A stretch of DNA of 63,560 nucleotides, filler included, from Chrysochromulina tobinii (taxonomy: Eukaryota): the NCBI GenBank assembly GCA_001275005.1. It is 10 parts of 10 records of this genome, joined end to end, with 100 filler letters (N's around TTAATTAATTAA, not from the genome) between each part and the next. Parts side by side here need not be neighbours in the genome. Positions count along the whole stretch, not along the records: positions 60,962 to 63,560 come from JWZX01000027.1; 9 more parts are not named here. One strand, written 5' to 3'. Every line of letters begins with the position of its first letter. Positions within the stretch are counted from its first letter, which is position 1. Made by a program: the position numbers and the translations under genes. Shown one piece after another: positions 62,040-63,560 of the stretch. The notes beneath the pieces are model-generated. The model made no database searches and was not told the origin of the DNA. It was given only the letters and a program-made list of their open reading frames with translations.

Positions 62040-63458
62040 TCAGTGATTGCCCTTGATGTAAGGGTGATCTCCGCCGCACTTGCAGCAGATATGGTCGTGC
62101 TTGCATGCTTCTCCTCTCGAGCACCCGGACTGCCAGAAATTGAATTCCTTGCAGATGTTCGGGGGGCACTCCACGCGTGGCGTACCTGGAGGGGGCGGGC
62201 CGGGGGGAGGGTGCGGGGTGCCGCGTCCTCCGCCGTTGGCGCCGCGGCCTTGGCCCTTGCCGCCGCGGTTCTTGCCGTTCTTGAGGTTGGCGATCTCGCG
62301 CTCCTTCTGCTCGAGCGTCTTCTTCATGGCGGCTGCGGCCTCATCAGGCGTGCGGTCGGCCGCGCGCTTCTTGCCGTTGCCCGTGCCCGCGCCGCCCAGC
62401 GACTCGCTCGGCTTGTCGGAGGCGGGCAGGCCGGCTGTGGAGTACAGCTCCGGGCTCTTCTCCACGCACTGGAATGTGGCGGCGTCGAGGGAGTACCCCT
62501 TGAGCACCAGGTCGCTGATCCGCTTGTTGATGCGAAGGTCGATCGCGCGAAGCTGCGCGACGGTGAGGTGCGGCTGCTGGTTGCGCAGCTCCTTCATCTT
62601 GGTGATCTGCGTCTCCAGGATGCGTGGCGACCCGAACAAGTCCATCGTCCTTGCGGTCATGTTGCCCGACGCGTCGGTCGTGACGTACCTCGTGGTGCTC
62701 TCCTTGCGGATGAGCTCGGGGTCCGGGGCGGGCGCGCCCATCGTCGTCATGAGGTCGGAGTGGCTGAAGCACGCTGCGACGCTCAGCATGTGTGCGCGAC
62801 GCTCCATCTGCTGGTAAAGGTCCTCGAAGCTGACGATGGTGATGGCTTTGTCCGACGCGTCCTTCGGGACAAAGTCCTTTCCTGCGATGGTGTACACCGC
62901 GTCCGACTTCGTGCTTCTGGAGGCGAGCTCGAGCACGATGTCTTCGAGGACAATGCTCACCGGGCGGCCGTCCTGGAACGCCTTGAACGCCTTCCCGACG
63001 AGCTCGTACTGTACACGTTCGGAGGCGAGGTACGACGCATGGTGCACTTGCTCCGCGTTCTTGTACTGCGCGACGCCGAGAGTGATCGCTGCGGTAGACG
63101 TCACGGAGCCGGCGGGCTGCGTGGCCAGCGCTGCGACAACTGCTGCTTCCTGCGCTGCGCTCAGCTCATGCGCTGCGATGAGTATCTTCTTGAGGATGGC
63201 CGTCGTGTCTCCGACTGACGGCCAGGCGGGGCACGCGATCGCGGGCGTCGCTCCGCGCAGGGTCGACTCCAGCTCCTGGAGCTCGGACGCGACGTAGGAC
63301 TGGTTCCGGAAGCTCGGACGGAAGGACGTCAGGCTTCCGATGGAGTTGATGCCGGCCGCCTCGAAGAGTGGCAGGCCGGCCACTGCCGCTCCGTGGCCAC
63401 TCTGCAGTGCCATCTTGAGGTACTGGAGCATGACGGCCTGGTGCGGAGCTGAAGCCAT
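62040..63458 (-). mobile_element. Gag-like ORF1 of a DIRS/Ngaro-type retroelement (CCCH + zinc-knuckle C-terminus)
   Basis: Coiled coil, basic Gly-rich linker, then ICKEFNFWQSGCSRGEACKHDHICCKCGGDH, the tandem finger typical of tyrosine-recombinase retrotransposon ORF1. No RT or YR visible. Confidence 0.6.
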
Positions 63459-63560
63459 GGGATGGTGGGTGGGTGCAAAAGAGAGCGATGGACGTCCGGT
63501 TTGACTCTGGCGATTGTCTGAGTCTGAGGCGTCGGGAGTGGACGAATGCGCGTCTACCGC

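Noticed and set aside
61425..63218. 597-aa plus-strand ORF and many other long antisense ORFs
   Set aside because: Shadow ORFs opposite real GC3-rich coding sequence, with no motifs.

Overview
This is GC-rich eukaryotic DNA with spliceosomal introns, alpha-tubulin, BEACH/VPS9, JmjC and SNF2 genes. Gene content and intron style suggest a haptophyte alga (Chrysochromulina-like); that assignment is inference. The window is not contiguous: it is 10 contigs joined by 9 identical artificial 100-bp spacers (N44-TTAATTAATTAA-N44), so adjacency across spacers means nothing. Recognisable genes: a PARP-like ART + UBE2Q-type E2 fusion, a cold-shock protein, a 2.6-kaa DUF1800-DUF1501 fusion, an ABC1K kinase head-to-head with an organellar IleRS carrying a WHEP-like insert, an alpha-tubulin 3' end, a BEACH-IQ-VPS9 protein, a DnaJ membrane protein, a JmjC-SET fusion, a COG1-like protein, a RAD54-like SNF2 ATPase, an FHA protein, an IPT/TIG-lectin surface protein, a Methyltransf_24 enzyme, a beta-helix repeat protein, a GT14-like ORF and a DIRS/Ngaro gag-like ORF. 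There are also an 823-bp MITE and a 1.1-kb nested fold-back element. The main finding is a family of short 'exon-echo' introns. Most begin with a 19-54 bp copy of the start of the downstream exon, which supplies the GT donor, and end in a shared 3' module GCATGCAAGTGCTCACCACGRCGC..CCCCACAG (branch point, pyrimidine tract, acceptor). Removing them rebuilds a clean 1127-aa JmjC-SET ORF and the missing UBE2Q C-terminus. One intron appears to have been copied whole to a second site in the same gene, carrying an exon fragment from its donor site, which points to ongoing intron gain.
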